64,000 nucleotides of DNA from positions 544,001-608,000 of the forward strand of contig JALVYU010000026.1 in the NCBI GenBank assembly GCA_027022365.1, given 5' to 3'. How positions within the stretch are numbered: position 1 is the stretch's first letter; each line of letters starts with the position of its first letter. The notes under the pieces are model-generated. The model did no database searches. It was not told the origin of the DNA and worked only from the letters and a program-made list of their open reading frames with translations. The stretch comes from Desulfurococcales archaeon (GTDB lineage Archaea; Thermoproteota; Thermoprotei_A; Sulfolobales; Desulfurococcaceae). This document shows positions 50,372 through 62,000 of this stretch, one piece after another. The translations under genes were made by a program, and so were the position numbers.

Positions 50372-50896
50372 TTGCTCTACAACCGTGTGATTGTACCTGA
50401 TTATGTATGTGCAAATATTCTTTACTGGGAGTTAGGCTACTATGGAACGTTTCTTGGTGTAGCCAAGCCTAAAGAGAAAAGTATTCGTTCACCGCTCGAG
50501 CTATCGATGTTAGAGGCATTGTACCTCGCCGAGAATGGTGTTCTCGAAATATATTCTGGGGCTAGGAAGCTCAGTATAGAGGAGATAAAGGATTTCTCGA
50601 CAAGAGCGATCCCAAGGTTCCACAGGCTATATGCTGTTTACAAGGATCTAAGGAGACGAGGCTTCGTAGTGAGAAGAGGACTAAAGTTTGGATGCGATTA
50701 CCTAGTTTATCGTTTTGGTCCCGGTATAGACCATGCCCCGTATGGTGTCCATGTTTATGATTCGCGGGAGTCTATCGATCCGATAGAGATTGTTAGAATG
50801 GGTAGGTTGCTCCATAGTGTGAGGAAGAAACTCATCCTTGCCGTTACAGGTGAGGAAAATATAAGATACTTGCTGTTTACATGGTGGAAGCCATAA
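50372..50896 (+). CDS. endA: tRNA-intron splicing endonuclease, catalytic subunit
   Basis: LEALYL, VYKDLR.RG, GLKFG.D.LVY..GPGIDHA, HSVRKK. Confidence 0.93.
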   Translation: MLYNRVIVPDYVCANILYWELGYYGTFLGVAKPKEKSIRSPLELSMLEALYLAENGVLEIYSGARKLSIEEIKDFSTRAIPRFHRLYAVYKDLRRRGFVVRRGLKFGCDYLVYRFGPGIDHAPYGVHVYDSRESIDPIEIVRMGRLLHSVRKKLILAVTGEENIRYLLFTWWKP

Positions 50897-50987
50897 CATA
50901 GAGATAATTAATAATAGTCTCTCTACGAGATAATAGTATGGTGTCAAATATCGATGAGATCAAAGATGTACTGTGCCCCGATACTAG

Positions 50988-51404
50988 GTGAAAAAAGCAT
51001 TGCCCAGGCAGTACAATCCATACCATAGAGATTATCGACGACCATATAAACGTGAGGGGAGAGGCGAACAGTTCCATAGGCCTAGGCCAATCAGGCCCCA
51101 GTATCCGATGCCGCTAGGAATACATTGTAATCCATTATGTCCGTTCTTCATATGCACTAAGAGAGCAAAAGTTGTAGTAAATAAGTCGTACAGGGGTAAA
51201 ATCAAGAAGGTAGCTTATTGTAGGCTAACCGGAAGCGAGTGTATAGGCGCTGAGTGCAAATATGCTGCATGCAGGTTAAATTCGATGTTACCTGACGGGA
51301 AATGCGCGAAAGCACTCGAGAAAACACGTAAAGAAACAAGTGATGAAGAGTTATTCAGAGAAATGGAGGAAATAGAAGACTACGATATAGATGAGTTTAG
51401 ATGA
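50988..51404 (+). CDS. Cys-rich hypothetical protein
   Basis: Basic N-terminus, 8 Cys, acidic C-terminal tail. Confidence 0.65.
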   Translation: MKKALPRQYNPYHRDYRRPYKREGRGEQFHRPRPIRPQYPMPLGIHCNPLCPFFICTKRAKVVVNKSYRGKIKKVAYCRLTGSECIGAECKYAACRLNSMLPDGKCAKALEKTRKETSDEELFREMEEIEDYDIDEFR

Positions 51405-51976
51405 CCTCTCCAGCGACGATAAATATTATGTTCAATACCAAGAACATCTAATATCTTGCCGACGATAAAGTCGATAAGGTCTTTTATCTCTACAGGTTTA
51501 TGGTAAAAGGCAGGGGATGCTGGAAGAATAATTGCCCCCATTCTAGCTAATTTGGCGAGATTCTCCAGATCTATAAGGGATAAAGGTGTTTCTCGAAACA
51601 CGATTACGAGTTTGCCCTTCATCCTCATAATAGATGAGGCTGTACGGAGCAACAGGTTATCTTGTATACCATGAGCTAGTTTTGCAACTGTATTAAGGCT
51701 ACAGGGTACTATGATCATGTCGTGATCGATTAGATTACTCGAGCTTGCCAGTATAGAGTCCATATCATCCTCGCCGAAAACATCGATCCCTCGTCTCAGT
51801 GCTATTGTAGAAATTGTTGTACCTATCTCGTGCTCAGCGATTTTTCGGGCGAATCTGGTCTCGATAACATATATCCTCTCATAGTATTTCCTCAACAGAT
51901 CAATATTGTTTAGGAGAGCATACGTGTAAACTACTCCGCTAGCGCCGCTAACGCCTATAACCAAGCCTTTTCTCAA
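51380..51976 (-). CDS. ubiX: Flavin prenyltransferase UbiX
   Basis: GVSGASG, PCS.NT.AK, RETPL, P.SPAFYH.P. Confidence 0.92.
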   Translation of the reverse strand: MRKGLVIGVSGASGVVYTYALLNNIDLLRKYYERIYVIETRFARKIAEHEIGTTISTIALRRGIDVFGEDDMDSILASSSNLIDHDMIIVPCSLNTVAKLAHGIQDNLLLRTASSIMRMKGKLVIVFRETPLSLIDLENLAKLARMGAIILPASPAFYHKPVEIKDLIDFIVGKILDVLGIEHNIYRRWRGHLNSSIS

Positions 51977-52004
51977 AATTCAGCCACCTAAACATTGGGT
52001 GAGA

Positions 52005-52066
52005 TGATCAGACCTGCGCGGGCTCATCATGCTTTAGTCTCAGCCCTTTCGAGCTACATCATTTCT
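52005..52066 (-). ncRNA. Box C/D methylation-guide sRNA
   Basis: - strand reads ATGATGT (C) AGCTCGAAAGGG CTGA (D') GACTAAAGC ATGATGA (C') GCCCGCGCAGGT CTGA (D). Confidence 0.85.
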
Positions 52067-52109
52067 ATGATTTGGTATTATTCGGGTGTATTCTTATATT
52101 ATTGACTAG

Positions 52110-52409
52110 GTGGATGTTATGGGCTGGATTAATAGAGAAAAACTCGATAAATTCGTGTTTAAGCTGCTTGGACGGGGCATCTATGTCTCGCGCCACTCGT
52201 ATAGCTATAGAATAATGTATGACGAGCACATGGTTCTAGGAGTCCATGTTTATCCCGGGTATAACGAGATCTGTATAAGGGTCTACGTCGATTCAGGCGG
52301 TAAACTATGCAATAAGGTGTTATCAACGGTTTTGTCTACTATAAAAGAAGTTTTCCCTGGCTATAAGATCAATATAAGGGAGTATAGGTCAGTAATTCAC
52401 GGGGGATAG
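52110..52409 (+). CDS. Hypothetical protein
   Basis: 99-aa ORF upstream of a KaiC-like gene; start may be ATG 52119. Confidence 0.55.
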   Translation: MDVMGWINREKLDKFVFKLLGRGIYVSRHSYSYRIMYDEHMVLGVHVYPGYNEICIRVYVDSGGKLCNKVLSTVLSTIKEVFPGYKINIREYRSVIHGG

Positions 52410-52412
52410 CTA

Positions 52413-53237
52413 ATGATCGAGAGGCTATCTACAGGTATATCCGAGATAGACAGGATGCTTAAGGGAGGCATACCCCGGGGCTTCACAATAGCGGTTGTTG
52501 GTGAGCCGGGTACAGGTAAGACAATATTCTCTTTGCACTTCATAGCTGCTGGTATAAAGAATGGTGAGAAAGGCATATACGTGACTACCGAGGAATCACG
52601 TGAAAGTGTTATCAGACAAGCAGAGATGTTCGGCTTCAAGTTTAGAGATGCTGTGCGTAGAGGAGAACTAATAATCATCGATGCACTAATGGGTGAACAC
52701 GGTGATCCTTGGAGTCTGAGAGAGCTCACTGTGGAAGAGCTTATATCGAAGATAATGGATGCTAAAAGGACTCTAGGCTATGGACACGCAAGACTCGTGA
52801 TAGATTCCATGAGCGCCTTCTGGCTAGATAAACCAGCTATGGCTAGAAAGTACAGTTATGTCATAAAACGCAGACTCTCAAAATGGGATCTAACAATGAT
52901 ATTGACAAGCCAATACGCTGTAACGACAAGTCTAGGGTTCGGATTCGGCATAGAGCATGTTGCTGATGGAATAATCAGGTTCAGAAAGAAAATAGTGGGC
53001 GGGTACCTCAGAAGATTTCTGATCATTGAGAAAATGAGACAAACAGACCATGATAAGAGGGTCTATGAGATTGATATCGTTGACGGTAAGGGCATCATTG
53101 TCAAAGGTCCATATAACGCTACGAGAGAAGATATTATGATACCATCATCGATAATCAGAAAAATCATACAAGCACAACTCAAAAAAGAGCAAGAACTCTT
53201 ATCGGCAGATATCGAGGAACTAGACGATAATGTTTAG
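52413..53237 (+). CDS. KaiC/RAD55-like RecA-superfamily ATPase
   Basis: STGI..ID.ML.GGIP, GEPGTGKT, EE, IDS, EKMRQT.H. Confidence 0.9.
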   Translation: MIERLSTGISEIDRMLKGGIPRGFTIAVVGEPGTGKTIFSLHFIAAGIKNGEKGIYVTTEESRESVIRQAEMFGFKFRDAVRRGELIIIDALMGEHGDPWSLRELTVEELISKIMDAKRTLGYGHARLVIDSMSAFWLDKPAMARKYSYVIKRRLSKWDLTMILTSQYAVTTSLGFGFGIEHVADGIIRFRKKIVGGYLRRFLIIEKMRQTDHDKRVYEIDIVDGKGIIVKGPYNATREDIMIPSSIIRKIIQAQLKKEQELLSADIEELDDNV

Positions 53238-55670
53238 GTCATAGTCTGTCTCTTTTATTCCAGGCTCATAAGCGGTAGGATCTAGCTTCGTGAGAAATCT
53301 GAAGTAACGACATGCTATATCATGGGCGAATGCATGGAGGTCTTTTAGAAGAACGCTGTACTGTTCCCGCAGTTCTTCCCATGTCCTGCCCTGCAGTGCC
53401 TTACCAATTAGGATTACTTCGCGGATCTTGGATAGCTCGGGCCTCTTATCTTTCGGAACGAGCCAATGTATCTTTGCGATCTTATTCATTAGGTCCGCAG
53501 CAGCCTCAAAAGTCATTGGCCCCATGCAATAAACCCATAGACGCTCGAGCTGTACAGGCGAGAAGATATGTTTAGGGATAACATCGAGTATTGGTTCGCC
53601 GGAGGAGAGGAGCTGTAATGCAACCTCTATTTCCATATCCTGATAATTTATCGGTAAACTATCAAGTAGTTTCAGTTTGAACTCCTTATTAGCCATAGTA
53701 ACCATTTTCTCGGCTTCACTGCTTATCGGCTTGATTACTAGTAGTGTGTATTCTCCGCTTACAGGATTACGGTCGGGGCTTATATGAACTGGTATGAAAC
53801 CGTTCTTGATCCAGAACCTGAGGAGCTCGGGGTTAACGCCGAATCCTGCTGCAATCCAGTCGTATCCTTTTTCTCTAGCCTCTTTCTCGACTTTTTCTAG
53901 GCCCCAACTCCCTATTCCTTTTCCCTGTACATCTGGATGCGTTGCTATTCGCACTATCCTCAGGCCGAAGAGTTTTGCGAAATCTATGTATCTAGCGTGT
54001 TTCAGGAACCTGTCGGGGATTATGTTGCCAGGTATTTTTCCTCCTTTAAGTAGCTCTTTGGCTAGTTCCTCATCTATTCTGCCCTCATATGCTATCTGTA
54101 GTGCGCAGACTATCTTTCCGTGTCTAGTCTTCACTGCTCTGACGATATGGTGCGGCGCATCAGCGATCATTCCTAGGTCGTCCGGCTCGTTTCTGTAGTG
54201 GGCTAGAACATATATTCCGAATAGTTGGCGGAGCTCGTTCTCTCCTTCCTTGCTGAAGAGGTAAGCGGGATCATACTCTACATATATGAGATCCTTGTTC
54301 TTTATGTCTTCGAGATCCTCTTGTGTAAGCTCTGCCGGTTCAGCGTCCAGTAGGAGAGTTTTGAACTGCCACTTCTCGATGGGGTCGTCGGCGCTGTATC
54401 GTATAGGTTCCGTCATCTCGTATTTGTACAGTATGGTTTTCTTGTCTTCTTCGAGTTTCTTTAGGAATCTTACACTGAAGCCTCGCCCGGCTCCTTCATA
54501 ACCGTGTATTGTTGTTGAAAAGACGAGCCTGTTGTGCGCCCGCCATATCCTGTGTAGCATTGGGACAGGTATTCCAGCAGCCTCATCTACTATTACTATG
54601 TCTCCACGTATTCTGGGTATGTTTATCGGTTCCCAGTACTCTATGCTAAACCGTTCTCCTCTGAGTTCGATCACGTTACCCTCCCGCTTTATCACCTTGT
54701 ACTCGTAGCCTAGCGCGTCAAGAACTGTGCGGGCCAGCATCATCAAGCTTTGTACATTGCTGGGCCTCGGCGCGGTTATGAGGATTCTCGGCTTAGGCTT
54801 CACTTTCTTCAGCACATGGATTAATCCGACAGCACCTATTCCTACTGCACATGATTTACCCCTCCCTCTATCAGCAGTGATCACAATTACCCTTTTCCTT
54901 CCGTGTTTCGGTTTTTCGTAGAGTTGCTCCATGAGCTTGATTACTTCTACCTGATCCTGTGTAAGAGCTTTCTCATACACTATTTTTGGGAATAATGTCT
55001 TCTGAGGAAGAGATATTTTCTTAGTGCCTCTAGCCTGGCCTGGAGGCTTAGAGTACTTCTTAATGGTTTTCCTGGCATCAACATCGTATATTCCTATGCC
55101 TTCGAATTCGAGAAGCTTCTCTTTCACCCATTTAATGAATATATGTCTAGGTTCGGGAAACTGTGGGACAGTAAGGTTTCTCTTGAATATAGTCAGTATG
55201 TTATCCCATTTCTTCCATGGCGGGACGAGAAGTATTATGAGGCCGCCGCCTTCCACTATCCCGATTAGTCTTCCGAGATCATTTGGCTTTAGATCTTTTG
55301 TCAGATCCATGACTAGGAACGAGAATGTCGAGCCGAGGTATTTCTCGCTGACCTCGTAGACAGCATACTTAAAGATCGTGTATTTTGATTTTTCTAGAAT
55401 GCTCTCTTCAAATACTTGTTTCTGTAGAACAGCATCGTCGAATTCGTCGTGGAATACGTAGAGCCCCCTATACTGTTTTTGCTTATCGTGTTTGTGGCGC
55501 TGCTTCTCATAATACGTTATGGTCTTTGCCGCGAATAAACCGAGTTTCTCCGAATCACTGCCGGATAATACAATCATAGCTCTGTACCTGTTCTGTACCA
55601 AGAAACCAGCGCTTTTCCCTAAGTCGCGTAGGAATCTCGTAAATGATGATGGAAATTTCGTTGAGGTCAT
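53220..55670 (-). CDS. tmcA: TmcA/Nat10 RNA cytidine acetyltransferase (full length)
   Basis: PNDLGRLIGIVEGGG, ADRGRGKS, DEAA, TTIHGYEGAGRGF, RIATHP..QGKGIGS. Confidence 0.93.
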   Translation of the reverse strand: MTSTKFPSSFTRFLRDLGKSAGFLVQNRYRAMIVLSGSDSEKLGLFAAKTITYYEKQRHKHDKQKQYRGLYVFHDEFDDAVLQKQVFEESILEKSKYTIFKYAVYEVSEKYLGSTFSFLVMDLTKDLKPNDLGRLIGIVEGGGLIILLVPPWKKWDNILTIFKRNLTVPQFPEPRHIFIKWVKEKLLEFEGIGIYDVDARKTIKKYSKPPGQARGTKKISLPQKTLFPKIVYEKALTQDQVEVIKLMEQLYEKPKHGRKRVIVITADRGRGKSCAVGIGAVGLIHVLKKVKPKPRILITAPRPSNVQSLMMLARTVLDALGYEYKVIKREGNVIELRGERFSIEYWEPINIPRIRGDIVIVDEAAGIPVPMLHRIWRAHNRLVFSTTIHGYEGAGRGFSVRFLKKLEEDKKTILYKYEMTEPIRYSADDPIEKWQFKTLLLDAEPAELTQEDLEDIKNKDLIYVEYDPAYLFSKEGENELRQLFGIYVLAHYRNEPDDLGMIADAPHHIVRAVKTRHGKIVCALQIAYEGRIDEELAKELLKGGKIPGNIIPDRFLKHARYIDFAKLFGLRIVRIATHPDVQGKGIGSWGLEKVEKEAREKGYDWIAAGFGVNPELLRFWIKNGFIPVHISPDRNPVSGEYTLLVIKPISSEAEKMVTMANKEFKLKLLDSLPINYQDMEIEVALQLLSSGEPILDVIPKHIFSPVQLERLWVYCMGPMTFEAAADLMNKIAKIHWLVPKDKRPELSKIREVILIGKALQGRTWEELREQYSVLLKDLHAFAHDIACRYFRFLTKLDPTAYEPGIKETDYDLNIIV

Positions 55671-55789
55671 TATAAGTACACCATAAGCACACTGTTTCCT
55701 ATTTATCTTGTTTTCTGTTTATAGCGCTGATAATGTATGGGTTGGGTGGAAAAATAAGGATTCGAGTTTAGGTTGTCGTATAAAAAATC

Positions 55790-57973
55790 TTAGCCCACGA
55801 TCATACGTTTCAGTTCTCTAGCCATCTTCTCGTATCTCTCGATGTCCTCCTTGGTAAGGCTTGGCGGCACTATTTTCAATGCCTTGAGGAAGTGTTTCAT
55901 CTGTACTGGCCTCACCTTGAATTCTTCGCGTAGAGCGATTATTGCTGCTTCTCTACAGACAGCTGCTATATCAGCGCCTGTGTATCCTTCAGTCATTTTG
56001 GCAAGTTCTTCGAGATTGACGTCATCTGCCAGCGGCATCTTCCGCGTGTGCACCTTGAAGATCTCCAGCCTGGCTTTGAAGTCTGGCGGTGGTACGTAGA
56101 TGAGTCTATCGAATCTTCCTGGTCTGAGAAGTGCCGGATCGACTATGTCGGGCCTGTTGGTAGCGGCTATTACTACGACTCTTCTGAGAGGCTCTATTCC
56201 GTCTAGCTCTGTTAGTAGCTGGTTAACTATTCTGTCCGTCACACCACTGGTGTCGTGTCTGTAGCCTCTTGCTGGCGCTATACTATCTATCTCATCGAAG
56301 AATATGATCGCTGGTGCTACTTGGCGTGCTCTCCTGAATATTTGTCTTATCGCTTTCTCTGATTCTCCTACCCATTTGCTTAGGATTTCGGGCCCTCTTA
56401 CTGCTATGAAGTTGGCGCCGCTCTCGGTGGCGACAGCCTTAGCCAACAAAGTCTTACCAGTACCCGGCGGTCCGAACAATAATATGCCTTTAGGCGGCTC
56501 AATACCCATTTCTTCGAATACCTTGGGGTTCTTCATGGGCCATTCAACGGCTTCTCTTAATTGTTGCTTCACGTTCTCCAAGCCGCCGATGTCGTCCCAG
56601 TGTACCTCGGGGACTTCTACATAGATCTCTCTGATCAAGGTTGGCTGTACGTATTTGAGTGCTTCTAGGAAGTCACTCATCTTGACCTTTAGTTTTCTTA
56701 GCTTATCGGGTGGTATCGGCTGGCTGATATCGATCTTTCCTTCTTTCATGAATCTTCTTAGTGCTGCTAGTGCTGCTTCTTTGACCAATGCTGCTAAGTC
56801 CGCTCCTGTGTATCCATGGGTCATCTCGGCTATCTTATTGAGGTCAACGTCGTCGTCTAGTGGCATGTTCCTGGTATGTACGGCCAATATTTCTCTTCTA
56901 GCCCTCTTGTCGGGTGGAGGTATCTCGATTTCACGGTCGAATCTGCCCGGCCTTCTCAGCGCGGGGTCGAGGGCGTCCGGCCTGTTAGTTGCTCCTATAA
57001 CGATTACTTTGCCCCGCTCCTTTAGTCCATCCATTAGTGTTAGTAGCTGTGATACAACTCTCTTCTCTACTTCTCCCGTAACTTCTTCTCTCTTCGGCGC
57101 TATGCTATCTATCTCGTCGATGAAGATTATTGCTGGAGCGTTCTCCTCGGCTTCCTTGAATATTTCTCTTAGCCTCTGCTCCGACTCGCCATAGAACTTG
57201 CTCATTATCTCTGGTCCATTGATCACTATGAAGTACGCTCCTATCTCGTTTGCTAGTGCCTTCGCTAATAGTGTTTTACCGGTACCTGGTGGTCCGTATA
57301 GCAGTATGCCTTTAGGTGGCTCGATGCCGAGGTGTTTGAATAGCTCTGGGTGTTTGAGTGGTAGCTCTACTATCTCTCTTATTTTCTGCTTGGCCTCTTC
57401 GAGATCTCCTATGTCCTCCCATGTGACCTTGGGGATTCTCTTGGCTCTTTCAATCACTTCCTTCTGAACAGGCTCTTCCTTGATCTCTATCTCGGTGGAA
57501 TCGGTAACGTATACCCTGTAGCTTGGCTGCGTCGATACGACTACTAGCTTTATGGTTGCTCCAAATACTGGTATGATTATTTCTTCTCCACGGCTGATTG
57601 GCTTCCTTATAAGGAACTGTTTAACGTATTCGACGAAGTCCGGTCCGAACCTTATCGGCTCAGTTGGTGCTAACACGACCCTTGTGGCTGGCTCTACTCT
57701 GGTCTTTCTGACAGTTACTATGTCGCCTACACCAACACCTATTGCTGCTCTCATATAGCCATCTATCCTAATGGCTTCTTTCCCTTCGTCTTCCGGATAT
57801 GCTGGCCATACTTGTGCAATAATACTCCCCTTAGGCCCCGTGATCTCAATGAAATCGCCCGTCGATACGCCGAGCTTCTGCATAGTTCTTCTACTAATCC
57901 TAGCGATCTTTCTGCCCACATCTCTTTGTCTCGCTTCCATGACTCTTAGTCTTACTTCTTTTTCCCCGGCCAT
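55790..57973 (-). CDS. cdc48: CDC48/VAT AAA+ ATPase
   Basis: N domain plus two AAA modules (GPPGTGKT x2); start revised to ATG 57973. Confidence 0.97.
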   Translation of the reverse strand: MAGEKEVRLRVMEARQRDVGRKIARISRRTMQKLGVSTGDFIEITGPKGSIIAQVWPAYPEDEGKEAIRIDGYMRAAIGVGVGDIVTVRKTRVEPATRVVLAPTEPIRFGPDFVEYVKQFLIRKPISRGEEIIIPVFGATIKLVVVSTQPSYRVYVTDSTEIEIKEEPVQKEVIERAKRIPKVTWEDIGDLEEAKQKIREIVELPLKHPELFKHLGIEPPKGILLYGPPGTGKTLLAKALANEIGAYFIVINGPEIMSKFYGESEQRLREIFKEAEENAPAIIFIDEIDSIAPKREEVTGEVEKRVVSQLLTLMDGLKERGKVIVIGATNRPDALDPALRRPGRFDREIEIPPPDKRARREILAVHTRNMPLDDDVDLNKIAEMTHGYTGADLAALVKEAALAALRRFMKEGKIDISQPIPPDKLRKLKVKMSDFLEALKYVQPTLIREIYVEVPEVHWDDIGGLENVKQQLREAVEWPMKNPKVFEEMGIEPPKGILLFGPPGTGKTLLAKAVATESGANFIAVRGPEILSKWVGESEKAIRQIFRRARQVAPAIIFFDEIDSIAPARGYRHDTSGVTDRIVNQLLTELDGIEPLRRVVVIAATNRPDIVDPALLRPGRFDRLIYVPPPDFKARLEIFKVHTRKMPLADDVNLEELAKMTEGYTGADIAAVCREAAIIALREEFKVRPVQMKHFLKALKIVPPSLTKEDIERYEKMARELKRMIVG

Positions 57974-58193
57974 TCTGAACACCTCATACGGAAACCTCCT
58001 TCTGTATTATTTTATAGAACCATTCCTATTATTGTAATACTATACCTCTTTATATAATCTTGTCTCATAGTATGAAACATTATTATGATATTTGGAAAAC
58101 GACTAAATAACACCTATAAGAGTACAATATACATGAGAGAAGTATATAATTGATTAAAAGTATAAGGTAAAAACGAAAAATAGGGGTGATACT

Positions 58194-58949
58194 ATGGTCG
58201 AGAGAGTCAAGACAGGCATACCGGGATTCGACGAGATAGTGTATGGAGGAATACCAAAGCGTAACGTTGTATTGCTTAGTGGTGGCCCCGGAACCGGTAA
58301 GACGATATTCGGACAACAATATTTATGGAACGGATTACAGATGGGCGAACCCGGAGTCTACGTTGCATTAGAGGAACACCCAGTACAAGTAAGAATAAAT
58401 ATGCGCCAGTTCGGATGGGACATCAGATCTTATGAGCAGCAAGGATATTTCGCCATTGTAGATGCATTTACGGGAGGAATAGGAGAAGCCGCAAAAAGGG
58501 AGAAATATGTTGTAAGAGACCCCACCGACGTCGGTGAACTAATAGACGTTCTCAAGGCAGCTATACGCGATGTAGGAGCTATGAGAGTAGTGATCGATTC
58601 AGTATCAACACTATACCTGACTAAGCCAAGTGTGGCTAGAAGCGTAGTACTACTACTTAAGAGAGTATTATCAGGTCTAGGAACAACATCCATACTAATA
58701 TCGCAGGTCAGCGTCACAGAAAGAGGATTCGGAGGCCCCGGAGTAGAACACGCTGCAGACGGTATAGTAAGGCTCGATCTCAACGAGTTCAATGGAGAAC
58801 TAATGCGAAGCATCATAGTATGGAAAATGAGAGGCACTAAGCATAGCATGAAGAGACATCCATTCGAGATAACCGATAAGGGCATAATAATATACCATAA
58901 CAAGGTACTGAGAATACGTGGCGCATCAGTAGTATTCGAACAAATATAA
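58194..58949 (+). CDS. KaiC/RAD55-like RecA-superfamily ATPase
   Basis: [29 protein letters not shown]. Confidence 0.92.
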   Translation: MVERVKTGIPGFDEIVYGGIPKRNVVLLSGGPGTGKTIFGQQYLWNGLQMGEPGVYVALEEHPVQVRINMRQFGWDIRSYEQQGYFAIVDAFTGGIGEAAKREKYVVRDPTDVGELIDVLKAAIRDVGAMRVVIDSVSTLYLTKPSVARSVVLLLKRVLSGLGTTSILISQVSVTERGFGGPGVEHAADGIVRLDLNEFNGELMRSIIVWKMRGTKHSMKRHPFEITDKGIIIYHNKVLRIRGASVVFEQI

Positions 58950-59052
58950 TGATATATTGTCCGCTGCTCAGAATCCATGAGCCCATAATTATAAGAAGCT
59001 ATCTTTTTATATCGTTCGTCTACGCCTAGATATTTTATAGGTTGACCATAAA

Positions 59053-62000
59053 ATGATGAATCCAATGAGAGTTCACGGCTACTATAGATACTCCTGTCCT
59101 AATTGTAAAGGCGTAAATAATGATATGAGATTAATATATAAGGCTCCCTGCCAGAAATGTCTTCCTTCACAAATATTTGTCAAGATAAAGAAAGAGGTAG
59201 TCGATAAGGATTATCCATATATTATTAAAACATATTATGAAAACGTTTCCGAGCCTAAAGGCATAAAGAAATTATATGTATTCAATGAAAAAGTACAGGA
59301 ATTTGAAGAATTCTTTAAGAAGGCAACAGGAGGCTACAGATTCTGGAGCGCACAACGAACATGGGCCAAGAGAGTATTAAAGGGTAAATCCTTCAGCATT
59401 ATTGCCCCGACGGGCATGGGCAAAACAATGTTTGCGCTCACAACAGCGCTTTACCTGGCAAAGAAAAATATCCGCTCCCATAGAGCCAACCGCTTGGACA
59501 GGCCAAAATGCTACCTGGTATTTCCTACAACACCACTACTTCTCCAAGCAGAGAAGCGTTTAAAGACACTGGCCAACAATGCTGGCATTAAATTATGTAG
59601 TGACGAAGAAGATGATCCGAAGTGTCTGAAGATAATAACATTCCATGGTAAGATCTCAAAGAAGAAGAAAGAAGAATACATGGAAGCTATTAGGAAAGGT
59701 GATTTCGATATTCTCCTTTCAACCAATATGTTCATGCACAAGAACTACCAGGAACTAATGAATAAACAGTACTCATTTATAGCACTGGACGATGTCGATG
59801 CAATACTAAGAAGTGGTAAAGCTATAAAAATACTGTTCTACATCCTCGGAGTCTCCGACGAAGAGATCCAGAAAGCCCTCGAATACATTCGTTTAAGGCA
59901 ACGGCTCGCCTTTCCATTAAAAGAAGATGAAAGAAAAGAACTAGAAAGACGCCTAAAAGAGCTAGAACGAGTTGTTGAGAAGACACGAAAGAAGATCAAG
60001 GCGATAATCCTCGTATCTAGCGCTACAGGGAAGCCTAGAGGGATCTATCCAAAGCTCTTCAAGGTACTCCTCGGATTCGAAGCAGGTAGCAAGCCAGAAG
60101 CGATAAGAAACATAGTGGACACCTACAAGGAAATCACTGGCTCGGCAGATGAAGAAGTAGCTAGTATTGTGCGAAGACTTGGTGATGGAGGACTGGTCTA
60201 CGTACCTATTGAACGTGGTATCGAGTATGCCGAACACCTGGCAGAGATATTAAGGCGGAACGGGTTCAAGGCTGAGGCGTTCCACGCCAAAAAAGCTGTC
60301 AAACTGCTCGATCAATTTGCTAATGGTGAAATAGACGTACTTGTCGGTGTAGCCACTTATTATGGAGTAATGGTTCGCGGAATAGATCTACCTTGGAGAG
60401 TTAAGTACGCAGTATTCGTCGGGGTTCCACGCCACAAATTTAGTACAAGGCTCGAGAACCCGCGGCCCGTCGATATAATCAGGGTACTTTCAATACTCCG
60501 AGAAGTCCTTGAAGGCGAGGAAAAACAAAAAGTAGAGATAATGATCGGTAGGATATCCAATAGGCTCAGAAGACTGAGCCAGGCAGCATTACGTATGCTC
60601 TCCGAGGAATTCCAGAAATATCTGAGCGGGGAAACCGTTGAGGAAACCCCGCTTTTAAGAATGCTGATAGATGCATTAACTTATGCTAGGAAATTATTAT
60701 CCGATCCAGAAATTCAGCGCAAGCTAATGCAATTACCCGACATAGCCCTAGTAACAGAAGATGACAAGACCTACATACTCATCCCCGACACAGCGACATA
60801 CATACAGGCAAGCGGGCGTACTTCGAGGCTCTACCCAGGAGGCATTACGAAAGGTCTTTCAATCATACTGGTTGACGACAGGAGGCTTCTCAACGGACTA
60901 GTTAAGAGGATGAGATGGTTATTCGAGGATTTCACTATTAAGGAGCTCAATGAGATCGACCTTGACAAGTTGATGAAGGAGATCAATGAAGAACGTAAGA
61001 AGGTCAAGAAGATCCTAGAGGGAGCGATAAAGGAATACAGAGCACTAGAGATATCAAAATCGGCCCTCCTAATAGTTGAGTCTCCTAATAAAGCCAGAAC
61101 AATAGCTAATTTCTTCGGTAAACCGTCGACTAGAGTTCTAGATAATGGAATGATAGTATATGACGTAACAACTGGTGACTACGTCCTAACAATAGTTGCA
61201 AGCATAGGACACGTATATGATCTTGTGGTAGATGAGGGATTCAAGAATTATGGTGTCCTGAAAATAAACGACTACTTTGTTCCTATATACACAGATATCA
61301 AGAGATGCAATAAGTGCGGCTACCAGTTTACTAACGAAGAAAATAAGTGTCCTCGCTGTGGCTCAAGAGACATCTCTAGGAAGATAGATATCGTAGATAC
61401 CTTGAGGGAACTAGCGAATGAGGTAGACATAGTATTCATAGGGACAGACCCAGACACTGAGGGAGAAAAAATAGGATGGGATCTAAAAGTATTGCTTGAA
61501 CCATACACGAACACCATAAAGAGGATAGAGTTCCATGAGATAACGCGTAAAGCTATACTTAACGCGATAAGGAATCCACGTGATTTTGACCTAAGACTAA
61601 TAGAGGCACAGATTGTCAGGAGAATAGAGGATCGTTGGCTCGGCTTCGCATTATCCGAAAAGCTATGGTATGATTTCTGGCCATTCTATTGTAACCGCTT
61701 CATAATTCCTAAACTGCTCGACGCCATACGGAGAGGCAAGAGAGTACAACTTGTCAATTGTTGTGAGACCATTAACAGGAACCTGAGTGCAGGTAGGGTA
61801 CAGACACCAGTCCTTGGATACATTATTGAACGATACGAACAGAGCAGAAACCCGAGGAAATACGGGTTACTTAAATACATAGGCTATATCGAAGAACTAT
61901 CGCTGATGTTCGAACTGGTACAAGAAGAAATAGAAAAACTCGGCCTAGAAACACCTAAAGATCTTATTGGTAGAAAAGTTGTCGTAAAAGACATGGGCGA

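Noticed and set aside
58430-59065. Long antisense ORFs (also 37704-38273, 38386-39000, 56655-57194)
   Set aside because: Shadows of well-supported genes on the opposite strand
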